IMG/VR virus record: IMGVR_UViG_3300032167_007519
Direction: 5' to 3' (one strand)
Length of the DNA stretch: 16,746 nt
Origin: a virus
Taxonomy: Duplodnaviria; Heunggongvirae; Uroviricota; Caudoviricetes
Shown here piece by piece: positions 1 to 8,294 of this stretch. The notes under the pieces are model-generated. The model saw only the letters and a program-made list of their open reading frames with translations. It was not told the DNA's origin and did not search any database. Both the position numbers and the translations under genes were made by a program. Each line of letters begins with the position of its first letter. Positions within the stretch are counted from its first letter, which is position 1.

Positions 1-636
1 TTAAAATACCGGTTGCCCATAGGCATCCAAAATCTCATTTATCTCAAACATATCATATATCTTGTTCTGCAAAAAATATGCTACAATAATATCTACCTTG
101 GAGCTTCGAGACAATGCGAATCCTGCACAAGCTAACAGGTCCTTCGCTTCGTCCAAAGACAGTTCCAGCGCAATAGAAAAAGCTAATACCGTCTTTTTAT
201 TTAGCGAATAGTAATCATCGTTTCGAATCTTTGAAAAGTGCCTTCGGTCTACATATGCTTTGGTATAAGCTTCCGAGTCCGTCATGCCACGCTCTGAAAT
301 CATTCTTAGCAAACGTTGCGAAAACGTTTCTTCCATCTGGCTCATCAAATCATCAATTTTTCTATTAGATACCAAAGCTCCCGACATAGAATTGGTTACC
401 TTGATTTTCTGCATACTAGAAATATCAAATTCTTCTGCTAAAGATTCATCAATTTCGTAATCTGATACTTCAACCTCTTCCTGATTCTTCTTTGCTTCAG
501 AACGCTTTTTCCTGAATTCAGCAATCTTTTGAAAAATCGATTTCATTTCCTTATCCATCCGGATATCATCATTTTCCGGCACGTAATATTTATCTATGTC
601 ATTACCAACTGCATTCATCAACTCCTGCTTTGGCAT
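1..636 (-). CDS. XRE-like HTH protein, 211 aa, resembling the C-terminal domain of Firmicutes macro-domain (Appr-1-p processing) proteins but without a macro domain
   Basis: Segment ETFSQRLLRMISERGMTDSEAYTKAYVDRRHFSKIR...KKTVLAFSIALELSLDEAKDLLACAGFALS...EINEIL. ATG at 636 preferred over GTG at 648 because AGGTGGTG lies 6 nt upstream. Stop at 1-3. Confidence 0.7.
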   Translation of the reverse strand: MPKQELMNAVGNDIDKYYVPENDDIRMDKEMKSIFQKIAEFRKKRSEAKKNQEEVEVSDYEIDESLAEEFDISSMQKIKVTNSMSGALVSNRKIDDLMSQMEETFSQRLLRMISERGMTDSEAYTKAYVDRRHFSKIRNDDYYSLNKKTVLAFSIALELSLDEAKDLLACAGFALSRSSKVDIIVAYFLQNKIYDMFEINEILDAYGQPVF

Positions 637-732
637 ACTCAACACCACCTTTTGTTTTTCTCTATTATATAATATTTGTTCTCAATTTATCTACTATTTT
701 TTAGCCATCTGCTTAAATTCCCGCAATGTCAA

Positions 733-942
733 TTAGTATCCTTCTATCACTTCTCCTGCCATTGTCATATAAAATTCTTTATATCTTATTTCTTTAAATT
801 TTGACTCTGCCATACACCCAGGACACCACATATCTTTACAATGACCATGATTTCTTTGTCGGCTAAGTTTTCTCGGCAAAGGTACTATGGTGCCACAATC
901 CATGCATATAAAACGAGATATTACATAATTTCTTCTGGTCAT
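733..942 (-). CDS. Small basic Cys4 zinc-ribbon protein, 69 aa, with ribosomal protein L33-like spacing
   Basis: CMDC-x23-CPGC-x6-KE; SD GGGAGG upstream of the ATG. Confidence 0.75.
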   Translation of the reverse strand: MTRRNYVISRFICMDCGTIVPLPRKLSRQRNHGHCKDMWCPGCMAESKFKEIRYKEFYMTMAGEVIEGY

Positions 943-971
943 ACAATACCTCCCATTCTGATTTTGGTTTT

Positions 972-1015
972 AGTATAGTACAACAAGAAATTGAAATGGT
1001 CGCCTAGTATGCGAC
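972..1015 (-). promoter_or_regulatory. Putative promoter of the zinc-ribbon gene: -10 TATACT (972-977) with a GTCGC-N7-GCGAC palindrome (999-1015) at and just upstream of the -35 position
   Basis: Both elements are visible in the sequence; there is no consensus -35. Confidence 0.4.
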
Positions 1016-1071
1016 ATGCCATTCCAAAATACAAGGCTAAAATAAGAACATTCAAAAAGCTTCCTATAACC

Positions 1072-1121
1072 CAAAAGGGCTATACCCCTTTGGCTGTTCA
1101 ATGCCAAATAGATATAGCCCT
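1072..1121 (-). terminator. Long hairpin with a short U-tract, probable intrinsic terminator
   Basis: Minus-strand RNA AGGGCUAUAUCUAUUUGGC / loop AUUGAACA / GCCAAAGGGGUAUAGCCCU followed by UUU: 19 positions with one mismatch and two G-U pairs. Confidence 0.55.
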
Positions 1122-1215
1122 CCAAATATAATTATTAAAATATTCTCTCATACCCCAGCCCTGTACCCCAACAATTTGCATATAATATCCTCTAGCCCTA
1201 GCCATCAAAAATTTC

Positions 1216-1237
1216 AATTGGGGTAAAATTGGGGTAA
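1216..1237 (+). repeat. Tandem 11-bp direct repeat AATTGGGGTAA x2, probable integrase arm-type sites
   Basis: Exact repeat at 1216-1226 and 1227-1237; related to the TGGGTTAT copies next to the int stop codon. Confidence 0.7.
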
Positions 1238-1241
1238 AACG

Positions 1242-1283
1242 AAAAAAATGCAGGTTCGTATATATCTACAAACCTGCATTTTT
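1242..1283. terminator. Bidirectional rho-independent terminator
   Basis: Perfect 13-bp arms AAAAATGCAGGTT (1244-1256) and AACCTGCATTTTT (1271-1283), with an inner GTA/TAC pair and A/T tracts on both sides. Confidence 0.8.
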
Positions 1284-1299
1284 ACTGACTTTTCTTTAA

Positions 1300-1344
1300 T
1301 TACTCAGCTGCAATAACTTCCTTCTTGTTGTAAGATTGAAGCAT
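1300..1344 (-). other. Orphan gene 3' end (MLQSYNKKEVIAAE*), candidate attP core or identity block duplicating the 3' end of the host target gene
   Basis: Reads ATG CTT CAA TCT TAC AAC AAG AAG GAA GTT ATT GCA GCT GAG TAA directly into the terminator; an in-frame TGA lies five codons upstream, so the 5' part of the gene is absent; sits between two arm-site clusters. Target gene not recognised. Confidence 0.45.
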
Positions 1345-1345
1345 T

Positions 1346-1420
1346 CGCATAACTCGTCATAAGCTGTTATAAGTCGATAAAGTCAAAACTAGATTGATAT
1401 ATCTCTGCATATCTCCGCAT
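1346..1420. repeat. Helically phased short repeats, candidate Xis or host-factor sites
   Basis: ATAA at 1349, 1359 and 1369 (exact 10-bp period); ATCTCTGCAT/ATCTCCGCAT tandem at 1401-1420. Confidence 0.4.
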
Positions 1421-1435
1421 AAAATATCCCAAAAA

Positions 1436-1474
1436 TGGGTTATAAATTGGGTTATTTTTTAAAATTTGGGTTAT
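1436..1474 (+). repeat. Three direct copies of (T)TGGGTTAT, probable integrase arm-type sites
   Basis: Copies at 1436-1443, 1447-1455 and 1466-1474; the last overlaps the int stop codon. Confidence 0.65.
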
Positions 1475-2727
1475 ATACAAATAACATCATCCATTTTTTC
1501 GATTTCTTTTTGCACTCGATTGTTATCAACGTGATTATAAACTTGCATCGTGATAGCTATGTTTACATGTCCCATAATCTCTTGTAAAACTTTTATGTCA
1601 ATTCCGTTCTCTGCCATTCTGGTACAGTAAGTATGCCTAAGTAAATGAGGAGAAATATGAGGGAGTTCTATTGGGGGCCTTTCTTCCAGTATCGCTTGTT
1701 CCTGCTCCTGCCGATTATAAGAAGTGACTATATTATTTAATACTCGGTTAATTGTTTCTTGTTTGTGTAGATGAAATTCTCTATTCAGAAATACAAATTC
1801 TGAATAACCATCAATCTCTAAACACGAATACTTACTTATAATATAGTTATCTACATAATACTGTTTTAAAACTTCTAAAACAGATTCCTGTAAGGGAATG
1901 ATTCTGGAACGCTTTGTTTTAGGAGGAGACGCATAAAATTGACAACGACCATCTTTTTTCTTATAAATAATTTGATGGTTAATACTTATTTGCTTATTGT
2001 CAAAATCAATATCTTTCCATGTAATACCTAAAGCTTCACTAATTCTACAACCAGTGCCTAACAAAAAAATAAATAAGGGATAGTAAACACTATATATAGG
2101 GTTGTTTTTTACAAAATTTAAAAAACAATACTGCTCTTCTCTGCTTAATGGAACTTTTGAAGAAGATACGGACCCTCTGGAATATTCTTTCATACAATTT
2201 TTACATGGATTTAAACGAATCAAACTATCATCTACAGCAAGCTGGAAAGCCGGATATAATAAATTTTGATATAATTGCAATGTATTTATAGAAAAATTCT
2301 TTTCCGTATATAAATATGCATATAACTTTAAAATATCTGATTTTTTTACATTAGAGATGGGCATATTTCCAATGTCAGAATTTTGAATATTAACTTTCCA
2401 CATGTTGTAATAGTTTTCTTTTGTAGCATTTGCCAGTCTACTTTTTGTTTGCAAATAAGATGTAATTAGTTGATTTGTTGTCATACATGCTTGAGTAGTT
2501 TTTATATTATCTCTAAGGTCTGCCTCCAAATTCTTTATTTTTTCACGTAAACTAATATCTTCTTTCTTTCCCGGAGGAAGTTTGTCCATCGGAATAAGTT
2601 TCCATGAATAAATTGCATGTCGTGTTCCATAAGCATCTGTGTACCGATAACGATATCTACCATCCGGCATTTGGCTTTCGTTTGGTTTTAAACTACGCCC
2701 TTTTTTATCTTTTGGTGATTTTGTCAT
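1471..2727 (-). CDS. int: Tyrosine recombinase/integrase of the Tn916-Int type with an N-terminal arm-binding domain, 418 aa
   Basis: N-terminal LKPNESQMPDGRYRYRYTD...IYSWKL resembles Tn916 Int; catalytic residues intact: GCRISE, PKTK, HLLRHT, MGH, VYNH; SD AGAGGAG. Confidence 0.97.
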   Translation of the reverse strand: MTKSPKDKKGRSLKPNESQMPDGRYRYRYTDAYGTRHAIYSWKLIPMDKLPPGKKEDISLREKIKNLEADLRDNIKTTQACMTTNQLITSYLQTKSRLANATKENYYNMWKVNIQNSDIGNMPISNVKKSDILKLYAYLYTEKNFSINTLQLYQNLLYPAFQLAVDDSLIRLNPCKNCMKEYSRGSVSSSKVPLSREEQYCFLNFVKNNPIYSVYYPLFIFLLGTGCRISEALGITWKDIDFDNKQISINHQIIYKKKDGRCQFYASPPKTKRSRIIPLQESVLEVLKQYYVDNYIISKYSCLEIDGYSEFVFLNREFHLHKQETINRVLNNIVTSYNRQEQEQAILEERPPIELPHISPHLLRHTYCTRMAENGIDIKVLQEIMGHVNIAITMQVYNHVDNNRVQKEIEKMDDVICI

Positions 2728-2781
2728 TGTTCAGCTCCTCTCTTTTAAAAGATAAAGGATTGCTGTGACCAACTAAATCAT

Positions 2782-2790
2782 ATTATAGCA
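2782..2790 (-). promoter_or_regulatory. Extended -10 promoter (TGcTATAAT) for int, located in the loop of a long inverted repeat (2744-2811)
   Basis: TGCTATAAT on the minus strand about 55 nt upstream of the int ATG. Confidence 0.6.
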
Positions 2791-2819
2791 CAACAACCCT
2801 TCTCTTTTAAAGGAATTCG

Positions 2820-3041
2820 TTAAATGGTATCAATTTTTTCAATATATTCGTCGAATAATTTTCGTTTAATCAATTTTCGATTTCCAATATGTAATACAAA
2901 TGGACAATCTGGTTGAGAAACTAAATATTCCAAACGTTTTATACCAATATTTGAATAAGCAGCCGCCTCTTCTATTTTTAAATTTTGTTTTTCCCAAATC
3001 GGGACGTAATGTTTTGTTTCAGGAGGAAATTCATAATCCAT
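2820..3041 (-). CDS. xis: Excisionase of the Tn916-Xis family, 73 aa
   Basis: VPIWEKQNLKIEEAAAYSNIGIKRL...VLHIGNRKLIKRKLFDEYI closely parallels Tn916 Xis; immediately upstream of int. ATG at 3041 preferred over GTG at 3053 because AAAGGTGA lies 8 nt upstream. Confidence 0.9.
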   Translation of the reverse strand: MDYEFPPETKHYVPIWEKQNLKIEEAAAYSNIGIKRLEYLVSQPDCPFVLHIGNRKLIKRKLFDEYIEKIDTI

Positions 3042-3059
3042 AGGAAGTTTCACCTTTCA

Positions 3060-4772
3060 TTAAACATTGAATTTCTCTACTTCAGAGGAAACATTAGATA
3101 CAATGTTCTGGTTCGTATTCATAACAGTAACGGCCTCTCTAATATCTAACTGCATACCAGACATTGTATCTGCAATTTCAGATATACCAGAAGTATTTTC
3201 GTTTACTGCGACACTAACCGACTGAATTGCAGAGCTGATACTATCCATATTTTCTTTAAACTTTGTCATAAGTTCTGTAATATGTTCAAAAGTTTTAAAG
3301 AATTCGGAAGCATCTGTAGAATACTCGGAGCTTAATCCAGACAAAGTATTATAAGCCTTTGTTGTAGTTTCATTCATAAATTGAATCATGTTGTTAGATT
3401 CTAAAATTAGTTTATCAACAGAGTCAATAACCTTTTTGGTAACTGTCTGAATTTCTGTTGCTGTAGAAGAACAATTTTCAGCAAGATTCTGGATTTCTCC
3501 AGCTACAACAGCAAATCCCCTGCCGTGTTCTCCTGCTCTAGCAGCTTCAATACTGGCATTTAAAGCAAGTAAATTTGTTTGGTTTGCAATCTCTAAAATA
3601 GCTTTTGTTAATTCGTCAATCTGATAAACCGCTTTTGATTTTTCTACACAAATAGAAACTTCATCTGTCATATTTTTTGTTTTAGATAAAATTTGGTTAC
3701 GTTCTTCTATAACTGAGGTATTTTTATTAGTAACTCGACTAATAATATCAGAAGCAAGAACTCTCTTATTTTCAGAGTCTTTTAGTAATATTTCAGATTG
3801 ATTAAAAGCATCTACTACATTTTCTGCTACTTGAGACAATGATGCAGAAATTTCTTCAGAGGAAGCAGACATTTCTTCCATAATTGCTGCAGTATTGGAA
3901 ATGTCATCATTTTGGCGAGTGACTAAAGAGTCTAAAGTTAAAGTACTCTTGTCTAAAGAAAGCGTATTTTCTTTTATAGCAAGGATTATCGTTCTTAAAT
4001 AGTCAAATAATGAGTTTAATGAATCTGATAATAACTCTAATTCATCGCCAGAATGAACAATAAGTTTCTGAGTTAAGTCTCCATTGGAGTTACTTATATC
4101 AATAATTTTATTTGTAACTATTCTTAGATTTTTTATAATCTTTTTTGAAAAAATGATAGTAAACAGATTAGCGATTGTAAGAGTTATAAATACAGCGACA
4201 GACATCCAAAGCCAAGAAGTTGTAATCTGTTTTTTGTAGGCAGTACCATCTAAATCAATACCTAATACAGCTACTGTTTCTCCTTTAGAATTTACAAGTC
4301 TAGAATAGGCTGTAATAATGTAAAGGTCGTCTACTTCATAATATTCAAAATCTTCTGATATGTAATCAGAACCATTCCAGACATCATGTAATATCTCTAC
4401 GTCATATTCACAAGTAGCCCAGAAGTCTTCCTGATTTTCACTACCATCAGCCACATAGACAAAATTATTACCGTCTCTGTAAAGAATATATGCATACAGA
4501 CAATCTGTACGTTCTACAATTTCTTCTAAGAGGATATTTAATTCGTCCCAAGGTCGTTCTTTTGCAATAACATCTAATAGGATATCTTCCGGAATAACAA
4601 TGTTTCCCATTTCTGCGATAGTGCTTACCGTATGTCTCATATCGTTAATGGTAGTCTGTTTACTGTTTATTGTAGAATAGATTCCTACAAAACCTGTAGC
4701 AAAAAATACGATGGTAGAAATAAGTGCAATTATCTTTACAAATAAGCTAAGTTTTCTACACTTTAGTTTCAT
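3060..4772 (-). CDS. Methyl-accepting chemotaxis protein (TM - Cache-like sensor - TM - HAMP - signalling domain), 570 aa
   Basis: Two hydrophobic helices flanking an extracellular domain ending ...[22 protein letters not shown]; HAMP GDLTQKL...DELELL; hairpin tip [33 protein letters not shown]. Confidence 0.95.
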   Translation of the reverse strand: MKLKCRKLSLFVKIIALISTIVFFATGFVGIYSTINSKQTTINDMRHTVSTIAEMGNIVIPEDILLDVIAKERPWDELNILLEEIVERTDCLYAYILYRDGNNFVYVADGSENQEDFWATCEYDVEILHDVWNGSDYISEDFEYYEVDDLYIITAYSRLVNSKGETVAVLGIDLDGTAYKKQITTSWLWMSVAVFITLTIANLFTIIFSKKIIKNLRIVTNKIIDISNSNGDLTQKLIVHSGDELELLSDSLNSLFDYLRTIILAIKENTLSLDKSTLTLDSLVTRQNDDISNTAAIMEEMSASSEEISASLSQVAENVVDAFNQSEILLKDSENKRVLASDIISRVTNKNTSVIEERNQILSKTKNMTDEVSICVEKSKAVYQIDELTKAILEIANQTNLLALNASIEAARAGEHGRGFAVVAGEIQNLAENCSSTATEIQTVTKKVIDSVDKLILESNNMIQFMNETTTKAYNTLSGLSSEYSTDASEFFKTFEHITELMTKFKENMDSISSAIQSVSVAVNENTSGISEIADTMSGMQLDIREAVTVMNTNQNIVSNVSSEVEKFNV

Positions 4773-4924
4773 CTTCTGAATCCTTTCTTTTTGATATTTT
4801 TTCTAATTCTTTTTTTATTAGAAGATAGCTTTCTTTTATTGCGGCATATAAAATCACTAGAGTAATATAAAAAATAAGCTCTAATTTTTTTTCTGGAGTA
4901 AACATAAAGCACCTCGTATAAAGA

Positions 4925-5263
4925 CTACTTTAATAAGTTTTCAATATCTTCTTTTGAAAATCTCCATTGTCTACCACATTTATTAGAAGTTAAACGACCA
5001 TCATGAACCATGTTGTAGACCGTCTGTTTTGACACTTTTAATAAAGAAGCAACTTCATCTAAAGTTAAGTATTCTTTTTCTTCTACGACAGGACCTATTA
5101 CACATTTTAAAGCCTCTGCCGGGATATCCATATGTACGTAATTACAAGATGGGCAAACAGATGCGTTCGCTGTTTTTAAAACAAAATTATATGCTGGGGA
5201 AGTGATTTGTAAAGTCGAATCTTGTGGTAATAATTCTGTTTGACATTTTGGACAAAAATTCAT
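4925..5263 (-). CDS. YgiT/MqsA-type zinc finger fused to an excisionase-family (HTH_17) DNA-binding domain, 112 aa
   Basis: CPKC-x29-CPSC, then YLTLDEVASLLKVSKQTVYNMVHDGRL...GRQWRFSKEDI; SD AGGAGGT overlaps the stop codon of the upstream MCP. Confidence 0.85.
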   Translation of the reverse strand: MNFCPKCQTELLPQDSTLQITSPAYNFVLKTANASVCPSCNYVHMDIPAEALKCVIGPVVEEKEYLTLDEVASLLKVSKQTVYNMVHDGRLTSNKCGRQWRFSKEDIENLLK

Positions 5264-5275
5264 AATAATAACCTC

Positions 5276-6961
5276 CTAAATTTTAAAATAAGACATTGTA
5301 GAGATAATCTCTGTAAATTGATTTCGAATTTCAGAAACTTGTATGCGAATTTCTTCTACTGCACTATTGAGTTCTGACATACTTGCATTGGTTTCTTCAC
5401 AACTTGCTGCATTTTCTTCGGAAATAGAAGATAAAGAAGATACTGAATCAATGACTTTATTTTTAGAGTCTAATAGTTCGGCTGTCTTTATTAAAACTTC
5501 TTCCATGCTTGTAGAAACAATATGCATACTATGATTTACTTCTTCAAAGTTTGTAGAAAGTTCCTGCAAAATAGTAGTTTCATCAGAAACAGATGTGTTG
5601 ATTTTTGTTGCAAGCTGTAAATTCGTCTCAGAAATAGAAAGAATTTTATTTACTACTTCTTGGATTTCTTTTACTTGAGCATTAGATTGTGTAGCAAGAT
5701 TACTAATCTCTGATGCCACAACAGCAAAGCCTCTACCAGCTTCTCCAGCTCTAGCAGCTTCAATCGAAGCATTTAAGGCCAGCAAACTGGTTTGATTAGC
5801 AATTTGTGAAATGATATCAGAAACCTTTGTAATCTGTTGGACTGCTTCCGCAGAAGAAGTAATACCTTCAGAGATTTCAACACTATTGTTTCGAGTATCT
5901 GTGCTGGCAACTAATAATTTGTTAAATTCTTTTTGAGTAGTTTCTAAATTAGTAGAAGTAGTTCCTAGATTTTCTTTAGATTTATTAGAAATAGAAACAA
6001 TTTCTTCTATATTCTGGTCCATCAAATCAGTTTGTTTTGCTGTATCTTGAGTATCACTAGCCATATCGGTAGCTCCAATTGCTAGGTTATCCATAACTAC
6101 TGTAATATCTGTACAGGTTTGCTTAGATAGTTCGGTTTGAGAAAGAATTTCATTCAGTTTGGTGTCTAATTCATTTAACGTGTTGGAAGTCAGAAATAAA
6201 ACGGTTTTAAATTGGTTTTGAATGTTTTTTACTGCGTCTAATAACTGTTTGAATTCAGTAATGTGAGTTTTTGGATATTCTTTGATATCTAACCTTCCAG
6301 AAGATACAGATTGGGCAACAGAGATAACTTTTGCTAAAGAACGCATCATTAACAAAATAGCAATAAAAATAGCTAACAATGATATAAGGGTACATCCTGC
6401 ACCAATAAAATACATGTTTTTTGTTGTAGTATTTACATGCTCATAAATGTCACTGGAATCTGCCGTTAAAACTAAGATGTAATTTGCATATTCTCCGACA
6501 TAATAAGCTGCATATTTTTCAACACCTTTGTACTCATAAGTAACAATGTCAGAAGTATAAGCGTTACCATTTGCCAAACCATTGACTACGTCCGTAATAG
6601 CTTGATTTACTACCATGCTGCCAATTTTTGAAGAATCTGGATGCCATTTCATAAACCCATCTAAATCAGTCATATAAAAATAAGAACTTTCATAATCAGC
6701 AAGTTTTATATTCGACAACGTATTGTCTAAAAAAAATTGATTCATGTCTTTTCCACTGGCGGCATAGGTGTCTAATATCCATGCTACTGATGTGACATAG
6801 TCAGTCATATATTCACTAATTAAGATATCTTGTTCTTTTGAGATGGAATTGTTTGCAGCATAAGTTAATGTAAATGTTAGAAAAGCTAATACACAAAAAG
6901 TTAGAAGTAATAGACGAAATTTTAGACTTAAAAACCAGTCTTTTATATTTTTTTTATTCAT
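5276..6961 (-). CDS. Methyl-accepting chemotaxis protein with a Cache-type sensor, 561 aa
   Basis: Start MNKKNIKDW at 6961 with SD GGAGGT (the ORF track over-extends it); Cache motif [22 protein letters not shown]...[12 protein letters not shown]; tip [33 protein letters not shown]. Confidence 0.95.
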   Translation of the reverse strand: MNKKNIKDWFLSLKFRLLLLTFCVLAFLTFTLTYAANNSISKEQDILISEYMTDYVTSVAWILDTYAASGKDMNQFFLDNTLSNIKLADYESSYFYMTDLDGFMKWHPDSSKIGSMVVNQAITDVVNGLANGNAYTSDIVTYEYKGVEKYAAYYVGEYANYILVLTADSSDIYEHVNTTTKNMYFIGAGCTLISLLAIFIAILLMMRSLAKVISVAQSVSSGRLDIKEYPKTHITEFKQLLDAVKNIQNQFKTVLFLTSNTLNELDTKLNEILSQTELSKQTCTDITVVMDNLAIGATDMASDTQDTAKQTDLMDQNIEEIVSISNKSKENLGTTSTNLETTQKEFNKLLVASTDTRNNSVEISEGITSSAEAVQQITKVSDIISQIANQTSLLALNASIEAARAGEAGRGFAVVASEISNLATQSNAQVKEIQEVVNKILSISETNLQLATKINTSVSDETTILQELSTNFEEVNHSMHIVSTSMEEVLIKTAELLDSKNKVIDSVSSLSSISEENAASCEETNASMSELNSAVEEIRIQVSEIRNQFTEIISTMSYFKI

Positions 6962-6987
6962 AAGACACCTCCATATAAATATTTTTT

Positions 6988-7569
6988 TTAGTATGTAATT
7001 GTTACTTCTTTTTGAATAACTTCTGCTGGTACATAAAGATAAGTTATTTCGGAAGTAGTTTTGCAAAAAAGAAATGGCTTTCCAGAAATCCAGCGAACGA
7101 TGTCGCAAAGAATAGGGTCTTTTTTTACATAAGAAACCTTTTCCATCTTATATTCTTCCGAAGGAACTATTTCACAAGAATATTCTCTTAGTGTTGCAGA
7201 AATGAGTTCGTTTGAGGTTGAAGTAAAATTGATGCTATATTGTGCATTTCCTTCGAAAAAACCTTCTTCATTGATAGAAATCGAAATTGGCTTTTCTTTG
7301 TCCATAGGGTAAGAGTAGATAATTTCAGTGGAAATAACATTTTGAGGTTTTACGAACAACCATTGCCCAAAGGATAAAAGAAAAGAAATGCCAAAAATTC
7401 CGGAAAGAACTAAAGCTACATATCCCCAAAAACGATAGGATTTGATTTGTTTTATTTGTTTGTACATATTAGGGGCAGTAACATCTTCCAAATCCCAAGC
7501 ACAAGAAAAGTTTGTAAGAGAAATAGAAAGTCCAATACATAAAAATAACAATAGCCAAAGATAGTTCAT
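6988..7569 (-). CDS. Hypothetical membrane protein with two N-terminal TM segments, 193 aa
   Basis: Two hydrophobic stretches; SD AGGAGG overlaps the upstream stop codon. Confidence 0.75.
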   Translation of the reverse strand: MNYLWLLLFLCIGLSISLTNFSCAWDLEDVTAPNMYKQIKQIKSYRFWGYVALVLSGIFGISFLLSFGQWLFVKPQNVISTEIIYSYPMDKEKPISISINEEGFFEGNAQYSINFTSTSNELISATLREYSCEIVPSEEYKMEKVSYVKKDPILCDIVRWISGKPFLFCKTTSEITYLYVPAEVIQKEVTITY

Positions 7570-7578
7570 AAAAACCTC

Positions 7579-8226
7579 CTATTCTAATAAATCCTTATCA
7601 ATAATCGAGAAAGTTGCTCGATGAATATATAAAAGTTTTCCATCAATACTTAATTTTGTGGTTTTCGGTAAATCTTGACACACTTCTGTATATACGGAAT
7701 CTCCACTAAAAGCACAAATTGGAATACCAAGCTGACTCTTAATAACAACTACTCTGGATTTTCCATGTAAATTTTTGTAACGATTTACTACATTGGCAAT
7801 AAAAGTATAGTCTTCTATTCCTGAAGCCTTGCTTTCAATATCCTTCTGTACATAATCCACATCTGGTTCTAGACCGTCTTCAGCAAAAATAATAGTATCT
7901 CCACAAGTGTCTACCGTGGAACCATCAACGGTTAATGTAATGACAGAAGAAAGAGTATTTGTATACCCCCAAGTTCCATCTACATAGGTACGTTCTTTTA
8001 CAATATTTTCGTTAATATCAATGTTTTCACCTTTGATGGTCATTGTGTTTTCTCCATAATGAGAATAAAAACGAGCCGTGTAGGTGTTTCCGGTAATACT
8101 TCCCTGTAATGTTGCAACTTCACTTTCTAAATATGCACATCCGGCTAAACTGGACAGATTTAAAAACATAACTGCTGCAAAAACAAAACAACAAAATGCT
8201 GGTAGAAATTTAAAAGATTTTTTCAT
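7579..8226 (-). CDS. Lipoprotein, probably DUF5052 family, 215 aa
   Basis: Basic N-terminus, hydrophobic core and lipobox LAGC (Cys30); GSITGNTYTARFYSHYG and YIHRATF segments recalled as DUF5052-like; SD AAAGGAG. Confidence 0.75.
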   Translation of the reverse strand: MKKSFKFLPAFCCFVFAAVMFLNLSSLAGCAYLESEVATLQGSITGNTYTARFYSHYGENTMTIKGENIDINENIVKERTYVDGTWGYTNTLSSVITLTVDGSTVDTCGDTIIFAEDGLEPDVDYVQKDIESKASGIEDYTFIANVVNRYKNLHGKSRVVVIKSQLGIPICAFSGDSVYTEVCQDLPKTTKLSIDGKLLYIHRATFSIIDKDLLE

Positions 8227-8294
8227 TTATGAGGCTCCTTTTCTTTTATTTTTTTGATTATAAGATTTTTATAGCTATTTATAGCATCTTACAC

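Noticed and set aside
1216-1474. Short repeats read as a CRISPR array or plasmid iterons
   Set aside because: Units are 8-11 bp with no regular unique spacers, and there is no cas or rep gene; position next to int fits arm-type sites.
4825-4870. GCCGCAAT upstream of MCP1 as a sigma-28 -10 element
   Set aside because: No TAAA at the expected distance; support is too weak.
4925-5263. Complete MqsRA toxin-antitoxin system
   Set aside because: No toxin-sized ORF adjoins it, and the HTH is of the excisionase type rather than XRE.
3490-5800. Nucleotide similarity between about 3490-3600 and 5700-5800 as a recent duplication
   Set aside because: It is confined to the universally conserved MCP hairpin tip, with many synonymous differences; the sensor domains differ.
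6962-7108. N-terminal extension of the 610-aa MCP ORF
   Set aside because: It overlaps the upstream gene, and a strong SD (GGAGGT) precedes the ATG at 6961.
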